From: Anaeromyxobacteraceae bacterium
GTDB lineage: Bacteria > Myxococcota > Myxococcia > Myxococcales > Anaeromyxobacteraceae
Assembly (NCBI GenBank): GCA_032654565.1
Contig: JAULAX010000009.1
Span: 64,001-128,000 of the forward strand
DNA length: 64,000 bases
Direction of reading: 5' to 3'
The position numbers were made by a program, and so were the translations under genes. The notes below the pieces were generated by a model. The model saw nothing but the letters and a program-made list of their open reading frames with translations, made no database searches and was not told the DNA's origin. Of the stretch, positions 30,217-39,412 are shown one piece after another. Positions within the stretch are counted from its first letter, which is position 1; each line of letters starts with the position of its first letter.

Positions 30217-31503
30217 TCAACGGCCAGTCGGCATTCCTGCTCCGAGAGGCGCTGCACCGGGCCGGGCACGACCCGGCAGCCGCCGCTGCACCGCCGCCAG
30301 CAGGACCGGCACCAGCAGCGCCACCGCCCCGGAGAAGAGGCTGAGCCCCAGCATGCCGCCGAGGCGCCCGTCCGGCTCCACCGTCAGCAGGCGGGTCGAG
30401 AGCCCGGCCCCGATGGCGCTGGCCAGGTGCTGCACCGCCGACTGCACCGACATGAAGCGGGCCCGCTCGGAGGGGCCCGGCACCCGCGAGGTGAGCGTGT
30501 TCATGGCCACGTTGCGGAGCGAGTTGCCCATCATGAAGAACACGAAGAGCACCACCACCGCGGCCAGCAGCGCCGAGGGGCTCCCGGCCACCGCCGGCAG
30601 CCAGGCCGAGGGCCAGGCGAAGCCGATCCCCAGCACGGCGACGAAGATGGCGGTGCCCCCCACCGAGACCACCGGCGCGCCGAAGCGGTCGACCCAGCGC
30701 CCGGCGATGCGCAGCGTGAAGAAGGCGATCGAGCCGCCCACCATGTAGACCAGCCCCAGCCGGTCGCGGGGGAAGCCGAGGTCGAAGCGCAGGTGGGAGG
30801 CGATGTTGGGGATGACGGCGAAGCCGGACATCATCGAGGTGGCGGTCGAGGCGAGCGAGAGCAGGGCCACCGGCTGCCTGAGGAGCGCCCGCACCGAGCC
30901 GCGCACCGCCCCCGGGGCCCGGGCCCGCTCCAGGTGGCCGGTCATGGGCGGCATCAGGAAGAGGGCGCCGCCGGCCACCAGCAGGCCGAGCATGGCCACC
31001 GAGAAGAAGGGGGTGCGCCAGGTGCCGAGGTGGGCCAGCTCCAGCCCGGCCGGCACGCCCAGCACCGAGGCCACCGAGAAGGCCCCCATGACCGCCCCCA
31101 GCGCCCGCCCCCGCCGCTCGGCCGGGACGGCGTCGGCGACGATGGAGAGGGCCAGCGAGGTGGCCGGGCCGCCGAAGAAGCCGGCCGCCACCCGGGCCGC
31201 GACCATGCTCCAGAAGCCGGTGGCCAGGCCGCCCGCGGCGGTGGCCACCACCAGCCCCAGCATGGCCACCGAGAGGGCGCTGCGGCGATCGAAGCGGTCG
31301 AGGAAGGCGGCGCCGGCCAGCCCCGAGACGGCGGCGGCGGCGGTGTAGGAGCCGCCGATCAGCCCGAGCTGCGAGGCGGGGATGCCGAGGCCGACCGCGA
31401 AGTCGGGGCCGAGCGGCATCACCATCATGAAGTCGAGGACGTTGACGAACTGGACCGCCCCGACCAGGAAGAGGAGCGCCCGCTCGGAGATGGACCGTGG
31501 CAC
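30217..31503 (-). CDS. MFS transporter
   Basis: LDFMMVMPLGP, LDRFDRR, ARVAAGFFGGP, ERRGRA; about 12 TM. Confidence 0.92.
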   Translation of the reverse strand: MPRSISERALLFLVGAVQFVNVLDFMMVMPLGPDFAVGLGIPASQLGLIGGSYTAAAAVSGLAGAAFLDRFDRRSALSVAMLGLVVATAAGGLATGFWSMVAARVAAGFFGGPATSLALSIVADAVPAERRGRALGAVMGAFSVASVLGVPAGLELAHLGTWRTPFFSVAMLGLLVAGGALFLMPPMTGHLERARAPGAVRGSVRALLRQPVALLSLASTATSMMSGFAVIPNIASHLRFDLGFPRDRLGLVYMVGGSIAFFTLRIAGRWVDRFGAPVVSVGGTAIFVAVLGIGFAWPSAWLPAVAGSPSALLAAVVVLFVFFMMGNSLRNVAMNTLTSRVPGPSERARFMSVQSAVQHLASAIGAGLSTRLLTVEPDGRLGGMLGLSLFSGAVALLVPVLLAAVQRRLPGRARPGAAPLGAGMPTGR

Positions 31504-31710
31504 GGGGGCGGGTTGTAACAGGAACCGCCGACCGGCGCCGGGGGCGGCCGGCCACGGCCCATCGTGGCTGCCTTCCCCATTCCCCCGCGATCACCAAGCT
31601 GCTACATTCACTCCCCCGGCGCCGCGAGGCGCCGGGCTCGCCCGGATGGCCGGGGAGTCGGTGGTGGACGGACCCGCGGGGCGGGTCCTGGGTCGGTGGG
31701 GAGGGTGGGG

Positions 31711-34470
31711 ATGGGCGTGGGGCCGGTCGTCGCGTCGCGCGTGCAGGGCGAGAAGCCCGCCGCGCTGACCCGTTTTCACCAGCGCATCGCCGCCGAGGCG
31801 CTCACCGCGCGCTCGGGCAGCGGCGCCTCGCGCCTGGCCCCGGCGCTGGCCCACTCGGCCGTCGACCTCAACCCCCACCAGATCGAGGCCGCCGCCTTCG
31901 CGCTGGCCTCGCTGGCCACCGGCGGCGCGGTGCTGGCCGACGAGGTCGGCCTGGGCAAGACCGTGGAGGCGGGCCTGGTGCTGGCCCAGCTGGCCGCCGA
32001 GGGGAGGCCGCGCGCCGTCATCCTGGTGCCGGCCTCGCTGCGGGCCCAGTGGCGCGACGAGCTGCGCAACAAGTTCGGCCTCGACGCCGACGTCGTCGAC
32101 GGCGACACCTGCCGGGCCGCCGAGAAAGCCGGGCTGCGCACCAACCCCTTCGACACCGGCGGCATCGTCATCGCCTCCCACCCCTTCGCCGCCATGCGCG
32201 CCAACGAGCTGGAGCGGGTGGCCTGGGACGTGGCCATCATCGACGAGGCCCACCGGCTGCGGAACGCCTACCGCAAGGACCACCGCACCGGCCAGGCGCT
32301 GCGCCGCGGCCTGCGCAAGTGCCCCAAGCTGCTGCTCACCGCCACCCCGCTGCAGAACGACCTGATGGAGCTGCTCGGGCTGGCCTCCTTCATCGACGAC
32401 GCGCTGCTCGGCAGCGAGGACGCCTTCCGGCTCCAGTACGCCACCGGCGAGCTCACCGAGGAGAAGGCCGACGACCTGAAGGCCCGGCTGGCCCCGGTGG
32501 TGATCCGCACCCTGCGCCGCCAGGTCCGGGAGTACGTGAAGTTCACCGCCCGCCGCTCCATCGTCGAGGACTTCGCCCCCTCCGCCGAGGAGCAGGCCCT
32601 CTACGACCGGGTCTCCGACTACCTGCGGCGCGAGGACACCCACGCCATCCCCCTGGCGCGGCGGGCCCTCTTCATCCTGGTCTACCGCAAGATCCTCGCC
32701 TCCTCCTCCTTCGCCCTGGCCGGCACGCTGGAGCGGCTGGCCGACTCGCTCGACGAGAAGCTGGCCGGCGCCGAGTGCTCGGCCCAGGCCGACCTGGCGC
32801 TCGACCTCGACGGCTTCGACGACGAGCTGGAGGAGCTCTTCGACGACGACGCCCCGCCGCGGACCCGCAGCTCGGCCACGGTCCGGCAGATGACCAGCGA
32901 GCTCTCCGAGCTGCGCGAGTGCGCCCGGATGGCGCGCGGCATCAAGCGCAACGCCAAGGGGGACGCCCTGGTTCGCGGCCTGGACCGCTGCTTCACGGTG
33001 GCCAAGGCCTGCGGCTGGCCGGAGAAGGCGGTGATCTTCACCGAGTTCCGCCGCACCCAGGACCACCTCGCCCAGGTGCTGCGCTCGCGCGGCTACCTGG
33101 TCACCTGCCTCTCCGGCGACGTCTCCGGCACCGAGAAGCGGGCGGCGCTGGTGGAGGAGTTCCGCGGCCGCTCGCAGATCCTGCTGATGACCGAGGCCGG
33201 GGCCGAGGGGCTCAACCTCCAGTTCTGCAACCTGGTGGTCAACTTCGACCTGCCCTGGAACCCGCAGCGGCTGGAGCAGCGCATCGGCCGCTGCCACCGC
33301 TACGGCCAGCAGCGCGACGTGCTGGTCCTGAACTTCCTCAACCGGGCCAACGCCGCCGACGCCCGGCTCTACGACCTGCTCTCGCAGAAGCTGGCGCTCT
33401 TCGACGGCGTCTTCGGCTCCTCCGACGAGATCCTGGGCGCGCTGGGCAGCGGCATCGACTTCGAGAAGCGGGTGCTCGACATCTACCAGTCCTGCCGCTC
33501 CGCCGACGAGATCGACAAGGCCTTCACCACGCTGCGCGCCGACCTGGACGGCCGCATCACCGCCCGCTTCAGCGCCGCCCGCACCCTGCTCTTCGAGCGC
33601 TTCGACGGCGAGGTGCGTGGCCGGCTGCGGGTGGCCGAGGCCGACGCCAGGGAGGCGGTGGCCAGGCGCGACGCCGAGGAGGACGCCCTGCTGGAGGCGG
33701 CCTTCGAGGGCGAGGCCCGGCCGCCCGACCTGCTCCCCGAGCCGGGGGCGGGGCGCTCCCGCACCAAGCGGGCCAGGCTGCTCAAGGTGGCGGCCGACAA
33801 GGTCAAGGCCCGGCCGCAGGACGCCGTGGCCATGCTCGACCTGCGCTCCAGCCGGCTGCCGGCCCGGCTCGGCAAGCTGGCCGGGCGCGAGGGCTGGTGG
33901 TTCGCCTACAAGTTCTCCATCGACGCCCTGGTCTCGGAGGAGCGGGTGGTCCACCTGGTGCTCTGGCACGACGGCGAGCGCTTCCACGCCCTGCCCATCG
34001 ACGAGGCCGCCGAGCTGGCCGCCCTGCCGGCCGAGGAGGCCCGCGGCGGGCCGCGCGGCGCCACCGTCCCCATCGGCGCCACCCAGGAGGAGGCGCTGGC
34101 GGCCATCCAGGTCCAGCTGCTCGGCGCCGTGCAGGAGCGCTCCGGCGCCGCCTTCGACGAGTCGCGGGAGCGCTGGGACCGGAGCGTGGAGGACACGCTG
34201 CTGACGGCGCGGGCCGGGGTGGAGACGGCGCGGCAGGCCTGGCAGCGCGCCCGCGGGGCCCTGCACGACAAGGGCGACCTGCCGCTGCGGGACCGGCGCG
34301 GCCTGCTGGAGCGGGCCGAGCGCGAGTACCGGCGCAAGCTCGACGAGCTGCGGGCCACCGAGGCGCAGCGCTACGCCGAGCGCGACCGCGCCGTGACCGA
34401 GCTGAAGCGCAAGGCCGAGCCGAAGGAGCGCCGCACCCTGGTGGCGACCGCGTACTGGCGGTGTATCTAA
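31711..34470 (+). CDS. SNF2-family helicase with long C-terminal helical region
   Basis: LNPHQ, LADEVGLGKT, DEAH, TATPLQN, EGLNLQ, DLPWNP..LEQRIGRCHRYGQ. Confidence 0.9.
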   Translation: MGVGPVVASRVQGEKPAALTRFHQRIAAEALTARSGSGASRLAPALAHSAVDLNPHQIEAAAFALASLATGGAVLADEVGLGKTVEAGLVLAQLAAEGRPRAVILVPASLRAQWRDELRNKFGLDADVVDGDTCRAAEKAGLRTNPFDTGGIVIASHPFAAMRANELERVAWDVAIIDEAHRLRNAYRKDHRTGQALRRGLRKCPKLLLTATPLQNDLMELLGLASFIDDALLGSEDAFRLQYATGELTEEKADDLKARLAPVVIRTLRRQVREYVKFTARRSIVEDFAPSAEEQALYDRVSDYLRREDTHAIPLARRALFILVYRKILASSSFALAGTLERLADSLDEKLAGAECSAQADLALDLDGFDDELEELFDDDAPPRTRSSATVRQMTSELSELRECARMARGIKRNAKGDALVRGLDRCFTVAKACGWPEKAVIFTEFRRTQDHLAQVLRSRGYLVTCLSGDVSGTEKRAALVEEFRGRSQILLMTEAGAEGLNLQFCNLVVNFDLPWNPQRLEQRIGRCHRYGQQRDVLVLNFLNRANAADARLYDLLSQKLALFDGVFGSSDEILGALGSGIDFEKRVLDIYQSCRSADEIDKAFTTLRADLDGRITARFSAARTLLFERFDGEVRGRLRVAEADAREAVARRDAEEDALLEAAFEGEARPPDLLPEPGAGRSRTKRARLLKVAADKVKARPQDAVAMLDLRSSRLPARLGKLAGREGWWFAYKFSIDALVSEERVVHLVLWHDGERFHALPIDEAAELAALPAEEARGGPRGATVPIGATQEEALAAIQVQLLGAVQERSGAAFDESRERWDRSVEDTLLTARAGVETARQAWQRARGALHDKGDLPLRDRRGLLERAEREYRRKLDELRATEAQRYAERDRAVTELKRKAEPKERRTLVATAYWRCI

Positions 34471-34472
34471 TC

Positions 34473-34492
34473 GGGCGCGCTTCAGCGCGCCC
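34473..34492 (+). terminator. Stem-loop after the SNF2 helicase
   Basis: GGGCGCGC-ttca-GCGCGCCC, 2 nt after the stop codon. Confidence 0.5.
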
Positions 34493-34619
34493 AGGCTTCT
34501 AGCCAGGATTCCTGGTCCCGTATCTCGCGAACCTTCACAGCCAACGGTCGCTTCCCTCTGCCCCGGCACCTCTCTGCCCCGGCTCCCCCCTTCCCCGGCA
34601 GCCCGTGTAACCTCCCCGC

Positions 34620-35006
34620 ATGCCCATCGTCCACGTCCACGTGGCCCGCGGCCGGCCGGCCGCCGAGCGCCATGCCATCCTCGACGGCGTCCACGCCGCG
34701 CTGGTGGAGGCCTTCCGGATTCCAGAGCACGACCGGAACCAGATCCTGCACGAGCACGAGCCGGAGCACTTCGAGTCGGGAAAGGGGCCCGGATTCACGC
34801 TGGTGGAGGCCACCGTCTTCCCGGGGCGCAGCGACGACGCCAAGCGGAAGCTCTACGCGGCCGTGGTGCGCAACCTCCAGGCCGCGCCCGGCATCCCGCC
34901 CGGGCAGGTGCTGATCGTGCTCCACGAGCCCCCGCTCGCCAACTGGGGGATCCGCGGCGGTCGGTCGGGACTCGACGTCGAGTTCGGGTTCAAGCTGGAC
35001 GTCTGA
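34620..35006 (+). CDS. Tautomerase superfamily protein
   Basis: Pro-1 (MPIV), FPGRSDDAKRKLY, NWGIRGG; TAACCT 6 nt upstream. Confidence 0.88.
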   Translation: MPIVHVHVARGRPAAERHAILDGVHAALVEAFRIPEHDRNQILHEHEPEHFESGKGPGFTLVEATVFPGRSDDAKRKLYAAVVRNLQAAPGIPPGQVLIVLHEPPLANWGIRGGRSGLDVEFGFKLDV

Positions 35007-35008
35007 AC

Positions 35009-35028
35009 GGGCGGCCCTCGGGCCGCCC
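35009..35028. terminator. Stem-loop between the convergent tautomerase and HNH genes
   Basis: GGGCGGCC-ctcg-GGCCGCCC. Confidence 0.5.
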
Positions 35029-35040
35029 AGGTCTCAGGCC

Positions 35041-36234
35041 TCAACTTCGCGCCCCGCCGCCGAGGTACCTCCCCATCACCCGCTCACCAAACGCCTGGCG
35101 AGCGGCCAGCCGGTTGTGCGTGGCGCAGGTCAGGCGGAGGTTGGCCTCCGTCTCGCCTCCCCACTCCGCCCACGGGACGACGTGGTCGAGTTCCAGCCGG
35201 TGAGTCGAGCCGCAGACGCCGCCGCCATCAAGCGGCCAGCAGCAGCGACCCCCGTCACGTTGCCAGACGGCGCGCTTCACCGCGGCCGGGATGGCTTCGC
35301 GCGGGCCGTCTCTCCGGTGAGGCGGCGGCTCCATCGCAGTTGGGGACGGGGTCGGCACGCTTGCCCTCGGCCGCTTCACCAGCGCCCGAGCCCTGGCCTG
35401 CTTCTCCAGCAGCAGGTCGAGCGCCACCTCCAGAACCTGCTCCATCGTGGCGCCCGGGATAGCGTGGGAGAGGCCATCGCGAGCGGCCTCAAGCTTCTGA
35501 ACCACGCGCTTTCCGACGTTGAAGTGGACCCGGCGAATGTCGGCCGTGAGCGGCACGATCTCGTCGCGCCTGGCGGCGAGCCGGTCGCCTCCCCCGTCAG
35601 CGCCTCCCCCATTCGCGAGTCCCGACGTCGGGATTCGCGAAAGAGGGACCACGTTCGGGTCCGCATCGTCCGGCGGCGCCGGGGCGAGCGAGAGCAGCGG
35701 CAGTGCCGTGCTGGCCGTGGACGACTCCGACCGGCTCTGCGGTCCAGTCACCACCATCCTGGTGCCTGGAACCGGGCGCGGCTGGATCTCGGCAACCAAC
35801 TCCTGCGCCTCGCGTGACGAGAGGCCGAAGAAGCGCGGCGTGACGACCGCCCGGTTCTCTTCGGTCAGCACCTTGGCCAGCTCACCGACGGTGGAGAGGC
35901 AGAGCTTGCCAGCTCGAAGCGGCTCGATGACGTCCGGGAAGCGCAGGAGCAGCTCGGCGGCGCTCCGCCGGTAATAGGCGGCGCTCCGCGAGAGCCGGAG
36001 GTCTGCGACGAGGAACGCGAAGAGGCCTGCATGCCCGAGCGCCTCCCAGCCGCGGCGCCGGTCGAAGTCGGCCAGGGCGACCAGGAAGTTGGCCATCGCC
36101 GACTGCTCGGTTCGGAGCAGGGACTTGAGTGCGTCGCGCTGCCGCCGTGCTTCCAGGAGTTCGAGGGGACGGCTGGCCGGAGCGTGTGCGTGCGCCGCGG
36201 CCGAGGAAAGGGTCGGTTGCGCGTGGTTGATCAT
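35041..36234 (-). CDS. HNH endonuclease with long helical N-terminus (DUF222/13E12-like architecture)
   Basis: IPAAVKRAVWQRDGGRC..C...ELDHVVP..WGG....NLRLTC..HN; third codon positions more AT-rich than neighbours. Confidence 0.88.
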   Translation of the reverse strand: MINHAQPTLSSAAAHAHAPASRPLELLEARRQRDALKSLLRTEQSAMANFLVALADFDRRRGWEALGHAGLFAFLVADLRLSRSAAYYRRSAAELLLRFPDVIEPLRAGKLCLSTVGELAKVLTEENRAVVTPRFFGLSSREAQELVAEIQPRPVPGTRMVVTGPQSRSESSTASTALPLLSLAPAPPDDADPNVVPLSRIPTSGLANGGGADGGGDRLAARRDEIVPLTADIRRVHFNVGKRVVQKLEAARDGLSHAIPGATMEQVLEVALDLLLEKQARARALVKRPRASVPTPSPTAMEPPPHRRDGPREAIPAAVKRAVWQRDGGRCCWPLDGGGVCGSTHRLELDHVVPWAEWGGETEANLRLTCATHNRLAARQAFGERVMGRYLGGGARS

Positions 36235-36240
36235 TCACGC

Positions 36241-36262
36241 AGCGTCTCATGCGGGTCTGACA
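36241..36262 (-). promoter_or_regulatory. PafBC/RecA-NDp-like promoter of the HNH gene: TGTCAG-N10-GACGCT, 6 nt before ATG
   Basis: Read directly; same geometry as at addB and recJ. Confidence 0.55.
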
Positions 36263-36331
36263 TTTTCGGAGTCCCGAGGACGCATGGAACCCAAGAGGGA
36301 CAGGGTCTTGGTGACAAACGCACCCGAATCC

Positions 36332-36624
36332 GAAGGCGCCGCCGCAGGGACCGGTGGGCGGGACGCGACGGCCCGCTGCGGAGCGGCGCCGGGCTGTGCA
36401 GCGTCCGCCTCGGTGCGCCCTCCTGCCGTGTGCGCGGCGAAGCCTGTCTGAGCTCCGCGCCGCGAAGCGATCGCGGAGCGAGTTCTGCAGCCGCGCCCGT
36501 CAGGTCCCTGCGCCGCGCGCCGAGGCCTTCGCTCCCCGCGGCGCGGCGCGCAGCACAGGGCCGGAGCGGACCCGTCCCGCCGGGACCGAGAGGCCGGCGC
36601 CGTCACGCGGAAGGCGCCGCCGCA
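36332..36624. repeat. Long imperfect fold-back element flanked by 15-bp direct repeats GAAGGCGCCGCCGCA
   Basis: Direct repeats at 36332-36346 and 36610-36624; nested complementary arms spanning 36357-36581. Confidence 0.7.
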
Positions 36625-36674
36625 ACTAGGGCCCACCCCGTCCACCGCCCCGATTGGGCTATCCTCCTCACCCC

Positions 36675-38408
36675 ATGCACCTCTCCTCCTCCCGCCTCGC
36701 CTTCGCCGCCGCCCTGCTCGCGCTCGCCCCGGCCGCCGCCGTCCCCTGCACCAGCGCGCTGGTCACCCGCGGCGCCACCACCGACGGCTCCACCTTCCTC
36801 ACCTACCTGGCCGACTCGCACACCCTCTACGGAGAGCTCTACTTCCGCGCCGCCGGCCGGCACCTCCCCGGCGCGCTGCGCGAGATCATCGAGTGGGACA
36901 CCGGCAAGCGGCTCGGCGCCATCCCCGAGGCGCCGGTCACCTACACCCGGGTCGGCAACATCAACGAGCACCAGGTGGCCATCGGCGAGTCCACCTTCAC
37001 CGGCCGCAAGGAGGTGCGCGGCCCGTCCGGCCTCCTCGACTACGGCTCGCTCATGTACATCGCCCTGGAGCGGGCCCGCACCGCCCGGGAGGCGGTCGCC
37101 GTCATCACCGGCCTGGTGGCCGAGCACGGCTACGCCTCGACCGGCGAGTCGATCTCCATCTCCGACCCCACCGAGGCCTGGCTGCTGGAGATCGTCGGCA
37201 AGGGGGAGGGGAAGAAGGGGGCGGTCTGGGTGGCGCGCCGGGTGCCGGACGGCTTCCTCACCGCCCACGCCAACGCCGCCCGCATCCGCACCTTCCCGCT
37301 CAAGGACAAGGAGACCCTCTACGCCCCCGACGTCATCAGCTTCGCCCGCGAGCAGGGCTGGTTCAGCGGCAAGGACGAGGCCTTCAGCTTCGCCGACACC
37401 TACAACCCCGACGACTTCGGCAAGCGCCGCTTCTGCGACGCCCGGGTCTGGAGCGTCTTCCGGCGCGCCGCGCCGTCGGCGAACCTGCCCGAGGCGATGA
37501 TCCTCGGCGATCCCGCCGCCCCGCCCCTGCCGCTCTGGGTGAAGGTGGACCGGAAGCTGGGCGCCCAGGACGTCATGGCGCTGATGCGCGACCACTTCGA
37601 GGGGACCTCGCTCGACATGACCGGCGACGTGGGGGCCGGCCCGTACGCCCTCCCCTACCGCTGGCGCCCCATGACCTTCAAGGTGGACGGCAAGGAGTAC
37701 CTGAACGAGCGGGCCATCTCGACGCAGCAGACCGGCTTCTCCCTGGTGGCCCAGGCCCGGGCCTGGCTGCCCGGCCCCATCGGCGGCGTGCTCTGGTTCG
37801 GCGTCGACGACACCGCCAGCACCGTCTACGTGCCGCTCTACGCCGGGCTGCGCGTGCCGCCCCGCCCCTTCGCCGTCGGCACCGGCGACTTCACCCACTT
37901 CACCTGGGACTCGGCCTTCTGGACCTTCAACGCCGTGGCCAACTTCACCTACTCCCGCTACGCCGACATGATCGTCGACGTGCGCCGGGCCCAGGGCGAG
38001 CTGGAGGGCGGCTACGCCGCCAGGCAGGCCGACGTCGAGCAGGCGGCGCTGGCGCTCTGGAAGACCTCGCCGGAGCAGGCCCGCGCCTTCCTCACCGACT
38101 ACTCGGCGCAGGCCTCGGAGGCGGCGCTGGCGCGCTGGAAGGCGCTCTTCGCCGAGCTGATGGTCAAGTACCTCGACGGCAACGTCCGCGACGCCCAGGG
38201 GAAGGTGACCCACCCGGCGGCGCCCGAGGCCTGGCGGCGGCGCATCGCGCAGGAGGCCGGGGTCCGGCTGCTGATGCCGGCCAGGCCCGAGGCGCCGGCG
38301 GCCCCGACCGCGGCTCCTGCGGGCGGGCCGGCTCCGGCCAGGTCTCCGGGCCCGACGCCCGCGCCGGTCACGCCGAGCGGAGCGTCAGCGCCTTCGGCAA
38401 GACCGTGA
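36675..38408 (+). CDS. C69 family dipeptidase (secreted Ntn-hydrolase)
   Basis: Signal peptide then CT nucleophile, NINEHQVAIGESTF, TAREA, GES, HAN, RDHFEGT, NERAISTQQT. Confidence 0.9.
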   Translation: MHLSSSRLAFAAALLALAPAAAVPCTSALVTRGATTDGSTFLTYLADSHTLYGELYFRAAGRHLPGALREIIEWDTGKRLGAIPEAPVTYTRVGNINEHQVAIGESTFTGRKEVRGPSGLLDYGSLMYIALERARTAREAVAVITGLVAEHGYASTGESISISDPTEAWLLEIVGKGEGKKGAVWVARRVPDGFLTAHANAARIRTFPLKDKETLYAPDVISFAREQGWFSGKDEAFSFADTYNPDDFGKRRFCDARVWSVFRRAAPSANLPEAMILGDPAAPPLPLWVKVDRKLGAQDVMALMRDHFEGTSLDMTGDVGAGPYALPYRWRPMTFKVDGKEYLNERAISTQQTGFSLVAQARAWLPGPIGGVLWFGVDDTASTVYVPLYAGLRVPPRPFAVGTGDFTHFTWDSAFWTFNAVANFTYSRYADMIVDVRRAQGELEGGYAARQADVEQAALALWKTSPEQARAFLTDYSAQASEAALARWKALFAELMVKYLDGNVRDAQGKVTHPAAPEAWRRRIAQEAGVRLLMPARPEAPAAPTAAPAGGPAPARSPGPTPAPVTPSGASAPSARP

Positions 38409-39282
38409 AGCGGGCCGGCAGCCCGCCGGGCTGCTCGCCGTCCACCTCGAGCATCACCCGGGCCCCGCCCACCGGCTCGACCTCGATCTCGCGGCCGCGC
38501 AGCACCCGGGTCTTGGGGAGCTGCACGTGGCGGCCGTCGTAGAGCTTGGGCTGCTGCACCACGAAGTCGACCACGTTGTAACCCTTCCAGACGGTGACCT
38601 CGAAGATCCCGTCGTCGAACTTCGCGCCCGGCGCCACCATGATGCCGCCGCCGAAGAAGCGGCCATTGCAGACCGAGAGGGCGGTGACCTCGTCCTCCAC
38701 CCAGGGGCCGCCGTCCACCCGCCAGCGGATGGCCTGGTCGCGCCAGCCGAGCAGGGCCCGGGCCGAGGCCAGCTTGAAGGCGATGGGCCCGCCCAGCGCC
38801 TTGATCCCGGTGTTGACGTTGTTCGCCACCACCGCGGTGATGCCGCAGCTGGCCACGTTGCAGAAGTGACGGACGCCCGGCCGGCCGTCGAGGCCGGTGA
38901 ACTCGATCCGGCCCAGGTCCACCTGCCTCCGCCCCGTCGCCACCAGCTGTCGCGCCGCACCCGCGACGTCGGAGGGGATGCCCAGGCTGCGCCGGAAGTC
39001 GCCGCCGCTGCCGCGCGGGATGAAGCCGAACTCGCCCAGGTAGCCGCCGCTCAGCAGGCCGTCCAGGACCTCGGAGGCGGTGCCGTCGCCCCCCACCGCC
39101 ACCACCAGCCGCCGCCCGGCCTCGACCGCCTGCCGGCCCAGCGCCGCGCCGTCTCCCACCGCGCGCGTCAACAGGGTCTCGAACTCGCCCAGCGACTCCC
39201 GCACGTGGCGGGCGATCGACTCGAGGTTGCGGCCGGTGGCGCCGTTGGCGGAGGCGGGGTTGACGATGAGGAGCGGCTTCAA
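38368..39282 (-). CDS. Diacylglycerol/lipid kinase family protein (YegS/DagK-like)
   Basis: IVNPASANG, GGDGTASEV, PRGSGGDF, NGRFFGGG, VDGE; TTG start. Confidence 0.9.
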   Translation of the reverse strand: MKPLLIVNPASANGATGRNLESIARHVRESLGEFETLLTRAVGDGAALGRQAVEAGRRLVVAVGGDGTASEVLDGLLSGGYLGEFGFIPRGSGGDFRRSLGIPSDVAGAARQLVATGRRQVDLGRIEFTGLDGRPGVRHFCNVASCGITAVVANNVNTGIKALGGPIAFKLASARALLGWRDQAIRWRVDGGPWVEDEVTALSVCNGRFFGGGIMVAPGAKFDDGIFEVTVWKGYNVVDFVVQQPKLYDGRHVQLPKTRVLRGREIEVEPVGGARVMLEVDGEQPGGLPARFTVLPKALTLRSA

Positions 39283-39412
39283 GGGAGGGCAGGATACCCC
39301 ACGTCCGCGGCCGGACGCCGCACCTCCCGTCCGGGGAGCGTTTTTTGCGACGCGCTGCGGCAGCGCGGTCCCCTGCGGCTCCGATCAGCGCGCCGGGCGA
39401 CGCGGGCGGCCA

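Noticed and set aside
31587..31608. GTCAG repair motif at the SNF2 helicase promoter
   Set aside because: The equivalent position reads GCGATC, so this gene is not included in the candidate regulon.
34546..34600. CTCTGCCCCGGC short direct repeats upstream of the tautomerase gene
   Set aside because: Only two or three low-complexity copies with no spacers; not an array.
35041..36234. IscB, Cas9 or group II intron-type HNH
   Set aside because: No PLMP, RuvC or reverse-transcriptase motifs, and no CRISPR repeats nearby.
36432..36496. Hammerhead ribozyme in the fold-back element
   Set aside because: CTGA is present, but the CUGANGA and GAAA core is not found in the required arrangement.
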